DNA of 64,000 nucleotides from Rhodosorus marinus CCMP1338. Taxonomy: Eukaryota > Plantae > Rhodophyta. The stretch spans positions 1 through 64,000 of the forward strand of contig JAMWBK010000010.1 in NCBI GenBank assembly GCA_029953675.1. Reading direction: 5' to 3'. Every line of letters begins with the position of its first letter. Position 1 is the first letter of the stretch. Positions 45,021-55,499 of this stretch are shown piece after piece. Position numbers and translations under genes: made by a program. The notes under the pieces were generated by a model that was given only the letters and a program-made list of their open reading frames with translations, searched no databases and was not told where the DNA came from.

Positions 45021-46718
45021 TACGTGAAGTTTCGATGGGCTCTCTGCCACATAGTCTCCGAGTCTTTGGTGAACGCGAGGGGCTCGAGCACCATGGCATC
45101 GGTTTGGCGAGTGACAACTTCGTCCAAGACTCTTGCGAACGAGTTGTAGCACGCCACAAGCAGCTCACCGACGCCATTGAGCGCCTACCGGACAGCTTGC
45201 AACAATCGGCATGCCTGCTTTCCCGCTTTTGGCCGGCCCCCGCCTGAATTACCGGCTGCGAAGCCTTCCACCATATTGGGGCTCGTGGATGGCAGCAAAG
45301 GCGGACGAGGCGATGCTGAAGCACTGGGGAACGCTCTTGGATGAACCCCTGGATGTGGAAGCAGCTCCTGACAGGGATCTAATTCGTGCCCAGATTTCCC
45401 TACCGTTGCGATTAGGTGGATTTGGAGTGGCCGACCGTGGACTCGTTTGCTCGCCCGCGGCGGTCGCCTCCTGGGCTACCGCGCTTCACACCTTGGTGAG
45501 TTTTCGGATGCGAAGTACCTGCCTTTTGGCTAGAGCACTGACTGGCGAAGATCTCGTGGCCCTTACGCCACCGCTTTTGAGTATCTATGATGCTCTGCAA
45601 CAGGCGTTCAGTAAGTGCAACGCCGTGCCAGACGAGAGCCGATCCCGATTTCGCTCCTGGAAGGAGCTATTATGGGGACGAACTGAGGCGCTCGCGGACT
45701 CTCCCATCGACAGAGTACTCGCGACGAGGGGGAAGCTAGCCCCGGGTCACCGGTTGCCGACTGCCCGGGTCTTAACCGATTGTGGAGCTCGCGCACTGAT
45801 ATGGTTCAACATAGCCTCACCTGGGGCCAACACTGTGCCGCTCACCCAATCTTGCTCAACTCTCCCCTCACACCACCTACCACCGCCGCTCGCCTCCGAG
45901 GCATGGGAGGCAGCCAGTCGCACTTGTGGTTAACCACGCTGCCTTCGTCACTGGGTCACCGTCTCGATGCCTTTCAGTTCCGCTGTTCGGCACGGGTCTA
46001 CCTGGGTTTGCCACAAGCTCCGTGGCACTCTAGTTGGCCGTCTTTCTGTCACGGATGTGAGAGTCGGATCGATGCTTGTGGTTACCACTTCTTAGGTTTA
46101 TGTGGACTGATGAAAAGTCTTCGTACGAGGCGTCACACTCCTTCAAGTACATTCTCAGCGAATGTTTGACTCAGGTAGGGCACACGGTTGGGGTGGAATC
46201 GGAACTGCCCAGATCGGTACGGCACCGCCCCGCTGTATCGCAGATCTCCTTGTCTCCGATGCTGCCGCCAAACGCTCAGCACATGTTGACCTCGCGATTA
46301 CATGCCCTGTGGCAAGCGCCCATCTCACGGCTGCCGCCCGCCGCCTGGGAGCAGCTGCTTCGGCCCTTCGCCGAGTGAAGGAACGATGGTATGCTGAGAG
46401 TATGGCCAGTCTACCTCGCGCTGAGGGTCGCTCCCACCGGTTCCAGCCTTTCATTGTGGAAAGCTCTGGTCACGTGGAGAAGTCGGGTTTGGAGTGGTTG
46501 CGGAAATATTTTACTGAGTATCCTGTTGAATACCTGGAACTTTCGCGGCGTTTAAGTGTCTCTCTGTGGCGATATTCGAGCAGCATGCTTGCCGAGGCGC
46601 GCCATCGGCGCCTGGGTTTGCACACTTCCCTACCTAGTTCTTAGTTCCTTTTCACGCTTTGCGTAGCGCTTTAGGCTATGCTAATAAAACCACTCTAGTA
46701 AAGCCCAATAAAACCACC
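45021..46718 (+). mobile_element. Family A (A2) 5'-truncated copy inserted in copia RNase H
   Basis: Splits GNPISF|ISKKQKII. TSD aatg (45017-45020, 46719-46722). Tail AATAAAACC. Confidence 0.88.
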
Positions 46719-48767
46719 AATGAAGGAGATCGGGTTTCCGTACAGGTATGCGTCAGCGCCGGTTACGGATTTTCGGTCCTTTGGTAAAACCCATGACGCG
46801 TCTACGTAGCGTGTGATCTCCTCGTGTTCTTGACAAGGAGAGAAAACTAGTGATGCGTTGATTGTGCCGCGTAAGCACACCTTAGTATTCGCTTACCGGC
46901 TGACCAGTCGTCATTATTGAAACGTTACGCCTTTGTGGCTAGTAGTCTAACCGCGTACGTTATGTCTGGTCTGGTTCTTGTGGAGATGTATAGTAGGGCC
47001 CCGATGAGTTCACGGTAAAGGTACTCTTCTTGTCTTCCGGACTTATCCGTTGGTATGTAATCCTTGGTCATCGGCGTTGGCACCGGTTTGCTCTCGTGCA
47101 TTCTGAATTCCTTGAGTATTTTCTAGATGTGCTTCTTCTGCCCCAAGGAGATGGTTGATGCGTTTGGGTCTCTCCCGATTTCTATGCAGAGGTATTCTCT
47201 CGCTGCGCCGAGGTCTTTCAGATCGTACATAGTGTGTAGCTGCTTCTTAACTTTTGCCACCCGCTGCCTGCTTCCGATGATTAGGAAGTCGTCGACATAT
47301 GCGAGTAGGTAGACGCCTTCCTTTACGAACACACACGGGTCTGCAGTTGTTGCCTTAAAGCTATGACCTTGTAGGTCTTTCCTTAGCTTCTCGTACCATA
47401 TTTTTCCTGATTGCTTTACAACATAGAGACCCCTGTTTAGCTTGCAGAGCTTACCCTTGTCTTGTGGGCCCGGGGGTCTCTCCATGTATATCTCCTCATC
47501 GAGTTCACCATTGAGGTAGGCCGTCGATACGCTGAACGTCGAGTTACGTTGCGCTGCCAATGATAGCAGCACTCTGATGCTGTCGAAACTGACCGTCGGT
47601 GAGTAGACTTCTGTAAAATCTTGCCGCTGGAAACCTCTTGCGACCACTCGAGCTTTGAATTTCAGCGGCTCCCCGCCTTGGTTCCGTTTCAGTTTGAAGA
47701 ACGAATTTGTTGCTTAACAATTGCTTGTCCTTTGGTCTCTCCACCAGTGAACAGGTCTCGTACTTGCTCATACTTTCGAGCTCGTCCGCGATTGCTTCCT
47801 CCCAATACTTCGCGTGGGGTCCGGCGAGCTTCCTCGATGGTTTGAGGTTCCTCGATTATCGTTAAGCTGCTCAACTTGGGTTTCGCTATCGCGCCTGACC
47901 TTGTTTGTCGCGGTAAGTTTGTGACTTCTTTGACTTCTTTCGCTGTTAGCTCGTTATTTTCACGTTCTTCGGTGTTGTTGTCAGGTTTCACGTCTTCATT
48001 GTCAGGTCTGTGGTGGGTTTTGTGAACTGGTGTTTCTAGTTTGTCTTCGAGGCTCGATGGCTCCTGATTCCGACTGATGTAGTCTTTAGCTTTGACGTAG
48101 TCGATGGCTTCTTGAATGTCTGGTGTAAGTGCGGCTTGGGGTCTCTTCAGAGTGAAGGGTTCCTCCTGCACTACGATGTCTTTCGTCCATCGTTTGCGAC
48201 CATCTCCGACTTGGATGAGGTGCTTGCCGCTTCGCTCACAGCGGAGTACAATCCCACACATCGTTGGTACGTCGAGCTTGTCGCGTCATATGGTACCATC
48301 TTCTTTTGGTGCGTGCGCGATCGCTAGGCAGCCGAACGGGTACATATTTTTGAAGTCGTCTTGCTTGCCGGTGAGTATTTCCCAGGGGCTTTTGTTGTTC
48401 TTTCGTCTTGGTCTTCCGTTCAGTATCCTTTCGATAATTTGTAGGGTCTCCGTCCAGGAGCTTTTCTCTATGCCTGGCTGGTACAAGAATACCCGCATGA
48501 GCATTAGGCTGCTCGGATTGGCTCGCTCCGAGATCCCGTTCGTTTCCGCGCTGTGTGGCGGGTCGTGTCCAGCGTGACCCCTGGCTTCTTGAGTTTTTCT
48601 TGCATGCCAGTGTATTCGCCTCCCGGTCGGAGTGGACGGTAATTATTCTTTGACCCGATAAACGCGAAGGACGGGTAAAAACTCGAAAGACGCCATATAT
48701 TCATCGAATGCCTAAGAGACGTCGGGTATGTTTTGTACATCTCGATACTTCGTCCGTAAAGGTAACC

Positions 48768-51700
48768 GTAAGCTTTACTGGGCAGCTGCCTACTGCAGCG
48801 CAACACTACGTCTAATCCTATCTAGGGAGAAACTTACTGGAACCCCGCTACCGGGGTCTCATGCTACGTTCAAAAGAAAAAACAGGCACCAGCGGATTCT
48901 CCAGCTGGTCCACGCGCAAAGCGCCTAATGCTATCTCCGCGTTACCTCGCCATAGTTGCCGGTTTATCTGGGATCTCACGTCTCTCAGCTCCTCACTCCT
49001 GTGCAGTAGGTGTTTGCAGCTGTCGCGGAGGAACTCTTGTGCCATTTGCCCCGTACGCCCAAATGTCTCTATCGCTATCGGGATGAACTTATCATCCGGT
49101 TTCTCGATCACCATCGCTTCTTTGTAGTGAGCGATTTTCCACTTCTCCGCAGCTCTCGCCGCGTATCCGCTATCATCTTGGCTCCTCCGCAAATATTTTC
49201 CCTGTAATGGTGACACCACCGTCACATCCAGCGCATACCTTTGTTTGGTCCTCGGATGCCTAGCAACGATATCAGGTCGCAGTCCGTAGTTCTCGAAGTA
49301 CCCCTCAGGTTCTTGCTCTACGTCCATGAAGTTCCATCGCCTTAGCCATCGTGCCAGCTCTCTGCAGATTTCGTCATGCCTACGTTGCCACAGTCCAGTT
49401 GATGTTGGGCAGTGATGAAACCGTTGTACCCCAGTCCTTCCGTGTTTACTCCGGCAACTAGTGCACTTCTCGGTGGTCCGCAATCCCGGAATTGGCAGAC
49501 CCAGCAGTTGTCGAACGTTTACCTGCATCTCAACCGCACTCAATTTTTTCGGTGTCAGCGTTGGTATTTCATGTAGCCAGACTCCCGACCCGGATCCCGC
49601 GGCAGACCGTATTCGAGCTCGGTTTTCAGGGGAGATTCGTGGGTTGGTGACCAGCTTTTGGAATGCACAATGGTGTGCCTCTCGAGAGAAGGTTTGTTGT
49701 ATTGAACCATTATTACAAGCTGCAGTCTCGCCCGGGGCGCTTCGAAGAGGTGTTTCGCGTGGTTGTTGCAGGGTAGTCAGTGCCAAGATCCGCGGCGGGG
49801 TTTCTGGTCCGAGCCTCCGTTGTATTGCTCGCGACGATGCACAGATCTGGTCCGCCAGCTGTGCAGTCGACCATCGTTGATCCATCGGCTCGTATGTGTC
49901 TGGTGAGCGTTCTGCCGTAACCTCCCGCTCTAGTTCAGTCAGGTATGGCCATTCATCTTCATTGTTCCGGAAGGTGTTTCTCCATGACGAGTAAAACGCG
50001 ATGGGTTGGACGCGCTTTCGAGTAGCGAAACCCAAACCTCCCCAGCGGCAGGGCAGAGCGATTTGGTCCGAGATCAGCTCTGCGTACTCATCGTCCTCTA
50101 CAGCTGTCGTAGCGAGGCCTCCGAATAGAATTTCCAGGTGATATCTGGTCATCACGTCGGCCTCGCGTGCCAGATTTCTTCCAAACTCGTATGCGAGGCA
50201 TCGTAGCACATAGTCTAGTCGCGTTTCTGCACAGAACCTGAAGAGGGCAATTTGCGTCGTAAGCTCCGGTTGCGGGAGCTTGGCAATTTCCTCAAAGAGT
50301 TTCTCATGCTTATTTTGCAACCCCCGGCACTCCTGTTCGATATATTCTCGGCTGCCTATCGGTATCGAGTGGATGGTGACTCCGTCTCTGGTCACTTGCA
50401 CTCCAGGAATCTCATGGTTGACCACTCGCGTGGTAGTCAGTGTTCGCCCGTACACAGTGCACTTGCCGAGTTGCAGGCGTGCTCCAAGAGAGGGGAGCAC
50501 AGTTTTTGCCCATGCCAGGGACGCCTTCACGGCTTGTAGCGACCCGACAATCGTGATATCGTCGTGGATAGCAACAATCGTTTCGTTGGGGAACTTGGCT
50601 CGCAACGCTCTTAGAAAGGGCGCCAGGGATAGTGCATGTAGCACCGGCCCCAGTGGATCTCCCTGTTGGACTCCTGTAGTTGCTTGGAGAGTCAGGCGGG
50701 AGGTGTCGGTTTCGTTCTGTCCAGGGGAAGATCGCCAGCCACAGAGCGTCGGTGAGTCCGCGTTGTCGCTTCCATAGCCAAGTCTATACACTGGTGCAAG
50801 TTCCGGCAAGTGTTCGTCCACCAGTTGCTTGGCAAGGCGTCGGTCGATGCGATTAAAGGCATTCTCAAGGTCTAAGCGAAGGACCACCGAATCGGGTTCG
50901 CATGACAAATGGGCCTGGATCGCGTGAAGCGAGCGTTCGCACCCGCCACTTACTCCGATACCCAGTTGTAAGGGCACCAGGAGCTCACGCACCCTGTCCA
51001 TAACCGCGTGAAGAGTCCATTGCGTTGCTACCTTGCGCAAAACTTCTGGTACTCCGATAGGCGAACTCCGGGATGCTCCTGCGGCACTGAACCCTTGTTA
51101 GGCTTCGTGAACGGCAGGAGTCGACTACTGCGAAGGGCGCGGGTCAGAGCCGGGGAAAATTTCTCAGGAGCGGTCGCCAGTTGTCGCAATACACGAATCA
51201 ACGCCACTTGCGTCTGTTGGGTTGCACCTTGGAGGTGTTCCGCTCGGAGACCGCTAGGACCTGGGCTCTTGCCCTGAGGAAGACGTGCCACGATCGACAT
51301 GAGGCCCTCGTCGGCCGCTTTTTTTGAATCCCACCCCCGCTTTAGTGTTTCGGTATTCAGAGCGAGCAAAGATTGCAGTGCGTGTGCAATCTCGTCTGGT
51401 AAGTCACCTTCCGCCGGGTTGGGAAAGAGCGTAGTTGTCTCCACGTAGCCGCGGTAAAAGGTGCCATTTCGGTGGCCTGTAGGCTCCGAGCTGCATCTGA
51501 AAGGCGGCCAAGGTGTGCTAGTTTCAGCGCTCGCTTGTGGCGCCCGAGATGTTTGCGTCGAGCCGCTTAAGCTCCTTGCGGTGCGGTAGTATACCATTCA
51601 TTCAGTATGCGACAGCATAGACGCCTTGTCCTCTAGAGCGCTCCAGACCGTAGAGAATTCTCCTTCAAGCACATGCGATACCTGAATGCCAACATCAAGT

Positions 51701-52058
51701 GCAGAGTGTCCAAGGACAAGGCCTGGAAGTCCGACAAAGAGCAGGTTGGCGTTTGCTGGTGCGGTGCTGTCCATAGAGAGCTCTATGGCAGCACGGAAGA
51801 GGCAGCTCCATGTGTGAACCTGGGCGCGTGGCACAAATCGCCGTGTGGGAACCGGGCAGTGTGTAAGGCGCGTCCACTGCCTGCCTCCTTCCGTGACGTC
51901 GTCGACGAAGACGCTCCACCGCCTGATCCAGTCTTGACGATCCGAGAAGAATAGAGGCTCTTCGCGGCGTCGTTTGATTCCCCTACGTCTGCTCGGCATT
52001 ATTGCGCTGGGTGTTCCTGGCTCTCCTGCGTGTCCATCGCGTGATGGTTGCCGTCAAC
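48768..52058 (-). mobile_element. Family T element (5'-truncated in ORF1, complete ORF2 span) inserted in copia integrase at a telomere-like site
   Basis: Splits AEYWVT|FTDEVSR. TSD ggtaacc (48761-48767, 52059-52065). Confidence 0.92.
48848..51040 (-). CDS. Family T ORF2 core: RT, zinc finger and restriction-like endonuclease (upstream part frameshifted)
   Basis: LRLDLENAFNRIDR, GVQQGDPLGP, AIHDD, LPCRWGGLG, CTSC...HC, RRHDEI, RPDI..LDV..KIAHY..PIAIETFG. Confidence 0.88.
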   Translation of the reverse strand: MRKVATQWTLHAVMDRVRELLVPLQLGIGVSGGCERSLHAIQAHLSCEPDSVVLRLDLENAFNRIDRRLAKQLVDEHLPELAPVYRLGYGSDNADSPTLCGWRSSPGQNETDTSRLTLQATTGVQQGDPLGPVLHALSLAPFLRALRAKFPNETIVAIHDDITIVGSLQAVKASLAWAKTVLPSLGARLQLGKCTVYGRTLTTTRVVNHEIPGVQVTRDGVTIHSIPIGSREYIEQECRGLQNKHEKLFEEIAKLPQPELTTQIALFRFCAETRLDYVLRCLAYEFGRNLAREADVMTRYHLEILFGGLATTAVEDDEYAELISDQIALPCRWGGLGFATRKRVQPIAFYSSWRNTFRNNEDEWPYLTELEREVTAERSPDTYEPMDQRWSTAQLADQICASSRAIQRRLGPETPPRILALTTLQQPRETPLRSAPGETAACNNGSIQQTFSREAHHCAFQKLVTNPRISPENRARIRSAAGSGSGVWLHEIPTLTPKKLSAVEMQVNVRQLLGLPIPGLRTTEKCTSCRSKHGRTGVQRFHHCPTSTGLWQRRHDEICRELARWLRRWNFMDVEQEPEGYFENYGLRPDIVARHPRTKQRYALDVTVVSPLQGKYLRRSQDDSGYAARAAEKWKIAHYKEAMVIEKPDDKFIPIAIETFGRTGQMAQEFLRDSCKHLLHRSEELRDVRSQINRQLWRGNAEIALGALRVDQLENPLVPVFSFERSMRPR

Positions 52059-53134
52059 GGTAACCCAGTATTCTGCTCCTTTCGATTTGGACAGCTTTCC
52101 GCAGACGTCCGTGTGAATCGTCTCTCCAGGGCGACTCGCGTGTGCCAGTGTTCCTGCCCGGATTCCTCGTCTTAGTTTTGCTACCGTACATGTTTCACAG
52201 TCCGGGGTTGACGATGCCGGTTGGATCTGTTTCACTTTCTGCCAGTCCGTGTGACCTAGCTTTCGGTGTAGTTTGCTTAGGTCACGCATTGAGTTTAGTT
52301 GCTGACTTTTCGTTGTCCACGACGCCAGTATCTACGTGCTGTTTATCAGCTTTGCGCTTGCAACCACTGCCCCTCCTTTTTCGTAGAATTTACAACCTTT
52401 CCTATCGAAATTGACATTGTATCCTTTCTTCACAATGGCAGGCACAGGCACAGATAGGTAGTTTCCCTCGAGGCCAGGTAGGTATAAATCGTCCTCGATC
52501 GTTATTGGTTGTCGCTTATCGCCAACTGTCGTTGCGATGACCACTGTTCCTTTTTCATTTCCGCTGATCGTTCGTTGGTCTGGGAGAGTTACAGTATTGA
52601 TCTTAGATTCCTTGATTGTCGCGAACAAAATTCGTTGACCGAGCATGTGGGACGTTGCTCCGGAGTCGATGACTATGTCGTTTGGATTTGCGCTGAAGCC
52701 TAGTGCAAATAGGGTTTCTTTGTCCGGTTCCTTGTTGCGGCGTTGGAAATTCTTGCTCCGGCACTCCTTTTGGAAATGTCCATATCGGTTGCACTTCTGG
52801 TATTTGATGTGTGCCTTGCATTGTGCTGTTCTGTGGTTGTGCCTTCCACATTTTTCGCGCTTTCGACTTTTGCTTTTGAACTGCATGCGCATGATCGCGT
52901 GCTCGTTGGGTTTTGATGTTTGCGTTGGCCCTTGAACACCTCCCAGGCGGGCTCTCATGGTTTCCCAGTCGATTTTGGTCCTTCGAAATGTTCGTCAGGC
53001 CTTCGATGGTTGCATCGAGGACGCTTTCATCCTTCAGGATCAGGCATATGTGACCCAAACGGTGTATGGCTTTGTACTCTGTTGTATCGAGTTTAAATAC
53101 TTTAGAGTAGTATTCTTCGAGCCATGTGAGTAGC

Positions 53135-53884
53135 TTTCCAGTTCCGTTCTGCCGCACGGATCTATCTCGGTTTGCCACAGGCTCCGTGGCACTCTAATCG
53201 GCCGTCTTTCTGTCAGGGATGTGAGAGTCGGATTGACGCTTGTGGCTACCACTTCCTGGGTTCCTGCGGACTGTTGAGAGGTCTCCGTACGAGGCGTCAC
53301 ACTCGCCTCAAGTACATCCTCAGCGAATTTTTGACTCGGAAAGGGCATACGGTTGAGGTTGAGTCGGAACTGCCCAGATCAATCTCGGACTCTGCACCGC
53401 CCCGTTGTATAGCCGATCTCCTCGTCTCCGACGCTGCTGCCAGACGCTCAACATATGTGGACCCTGCGATTACCTGCCCCGTGGCCAGCCCCCACCTCAC
53501 CGCAGCCGCCCGCCGCCGGGGGGCCGCGGCTTCAGCCCTTCGAAGAGTTAAGGAACGACGGTATGCTGAGAACATGGCCAGTCTGCCTTGCGCTGAGGGT
53601 CGCTATCACCGGTTCCAGCCATTCATTGTGGAAAGCTTTGGTCACGTGGATAAGTCGGGTTTAGAGTGGTTGCGGAAATGTTTTGCTGAGCATCCTACTG
53701 AATATTTGGCGCTCTTGAGGCGTTTAAGTGTCTCCCTTTGGCGATATTCCAGCGACATGCTTTCCGAGGCGCGCCATCGGCGCCTGGGGTTGCGTGCTTC
53801 CCTCCCTAGTTATTAGTTCATCTTCACGCCTTGCGTAGCGCTTTAGGCTATGCTAGTAAAGTCTAGTAAAGTCCAGTAAAGTCC
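53135..53884 (+). mobile_element. Family A (A1) 5'-truncated copy inserted in copia gag
   Basis: Splits TTLGLL|TWLEEYY. TSD agtagc (53129-53134, 53885-53890). Tail (AGTAAAGTCC)3. Confidence 0.9.
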
Positions 53885-54625
53885 AGTAGCCCTAGCGTCG
53901 TCTCATCCGGTTTCAGTCTCCTTGTGGGCGATTCCACTTGCCTCTTGATTTGTGCCGCTATTGTTTTCGTGACATATTTCTTTTGCAGTTTGTTCATAAG
54001 TTCTGTTGCATCGGTTGTCTGTTCCGCTATCAACATCGCTTCGTTGAGTTTTACAAGCGACGTAGCTTGGAGTCTTTTGCCGATGTTTTCCTCTTGCCCA
54101 AAAACGGCGTCGTGTAGTCCAGCCAGCTTGAGTCTTTCGATAATGCTGGATTTCCAGTAGTTATAGTCGTCAGGACCTTCCAACTTCGGGCATCTAAGGA
54201 AACATCCCACGGCGTCCATCCTTTTGCACCAAATCAAACCACCTTTCTCCTTGTCCTTTCTCTTTTTCTTTTTTTTAACGTAAAACTGGCTCATACGCTG
54301 TTGACAAAGTAGGCGTTTTGTGTTGGGTGAAGGGGGGGTGTTGATTTCATGAATCGCACATTGAGGGGAGCGCGGCAGACCACGAATAACAGTGAGGGAA
54401 GCTTGGACGATTAGAAACCGGTGGGGAAGCAGTTCTGCGGAGGTGGTGAAGCAGATGACAAGGGATCCACAGGGTAGAAGAGCTACTTGAGCTCGACTCG
54501 AACTTGGGAGCATTCCCCAGGTTGCGGGATAATTAAGTTTCTTGAAGGAAGTGGGATGATGGTTCCTTTCGCAAGAGCATTGGAAGGGAGGAAGGAGAGT
54601 CATGAAATGGAAGCGGGGGCAGTAA

Positions 54626-54659
54626 GGGGTTACGTTACCCCAGACTAACGTAACCCCAG
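54626..54659. repeat. Interstitial inverted telomere junction
   Basis: ggggttacgtta-ccccagac-taacgtaaccccag. Confidence 0.8.
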
Positions 54660-55499
54660 GTTGCGAACATCAAATCTTTGTCGGCCCTTTTTCCATGGAC
54701 AAGTTTGTGAGGGTTCGTTTCTCTGGCTGGAAGGTATTTATCATCAGTTTATTCAGGGTATTCAATAGAGGAGTAACTCCTCAGCTTTTGTGTTTAAAGT
54801 TGCACGGGCTTCGGATGCCTTTCGAGGAAGTATCTGAAATAAAGAGTTCAGCAACGTCTTCATTTGTCCGAAGAAGCTTTCCGGTCCTTTCTCCTCGCCA
54901 TCTGTATCTTAGTAGCTCCGCTAGACTCTGTGAACGGAGCGCCCAGTCTACTCTTTAAACTCGTGCATGGTAGCAGTAGAACATGTCAAACCATAGCCAT
55001 CCGTCTGCGCTCCCATTTGCAAGCATTGTATCGACTCCAGTCACTCCAGATATATTGAAATACAAAAGCAAAAACTATTCCATCTGTATGACCAATAGGA
55101 GAGGTATCCGGTTCATTTTCACCATTCATAATCCCTTAACAACTGTAAGTACTCATCATTGGTAGTCATTATTCTAATTAAAGAATAAAAATAGAATATA
55201 CTTAAAAATACTAACATATACAATTTAATATTTATGTCTTTATCCAATGCATTGCCGTAAGTATGCGGATTAGCCAATCATTGAATTGTCCACTAATTCA
55301 AAACTGGTCCTGCCCAACTTGGGCTTTGTTTGGCAGGACATAGTCGATCCCGTGCAAGGAACAGTGGAAGGTAACGCTTTTTTTAGGGGGTGGCAGTACC
55401 CCCGGTTGGAGGAAAGTTTTGTGTCCTGCCGAGTGAGGACAAATGTGAAATATTGCCCACCAATATTCCCCGCCCCGGAGTCGGCAATTCGTTTCCTGC

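Larger units (their letters stand above)
44561..54299 (-). mobile_element. Ty1/copia LTR retrotransposon, degenerate and interrupted by three non-LTR insertions
   Basis: gag (CPKLEGPDDYNYWK), protease IVIDSGATSHM, integrase IHTDVCG, RT (VARGF, YLNGELDEEIYME, AYVDD), RNase H (SSSQAEYIAL, EQVTDILKKAL). PPT-like gaggag then TGTTAG at 44664. PBS-like gcgtatgagccag directly after ...tgtcaaca at 54299. Confidence 0.88.

Noticed and set aside
54215-54232. TGGTGCAAAAGG as a tRNA primer-binding site
   Set aside because: Not preceded by an LTR-terminal CA; the GCGTATGAGCC motif at ~54290 fits copia better.
54300-54620. 5' LTR of the copia element
   Set aside because: It ends in TGTCAACA before a PBS-like motif but does not match the 3' LTR start at 44664 (TGTTAGCAAACG...), so no LTR pair can be called.
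54637-54659. 1.4-unit C-rich tract as a telomerase RNA template
   Set aside because: The length fits a template, but the identical 23-mer at 1111-1133 is clearly a healing seed, and no snRNA-type promoter or terminator is recognisable nearby.
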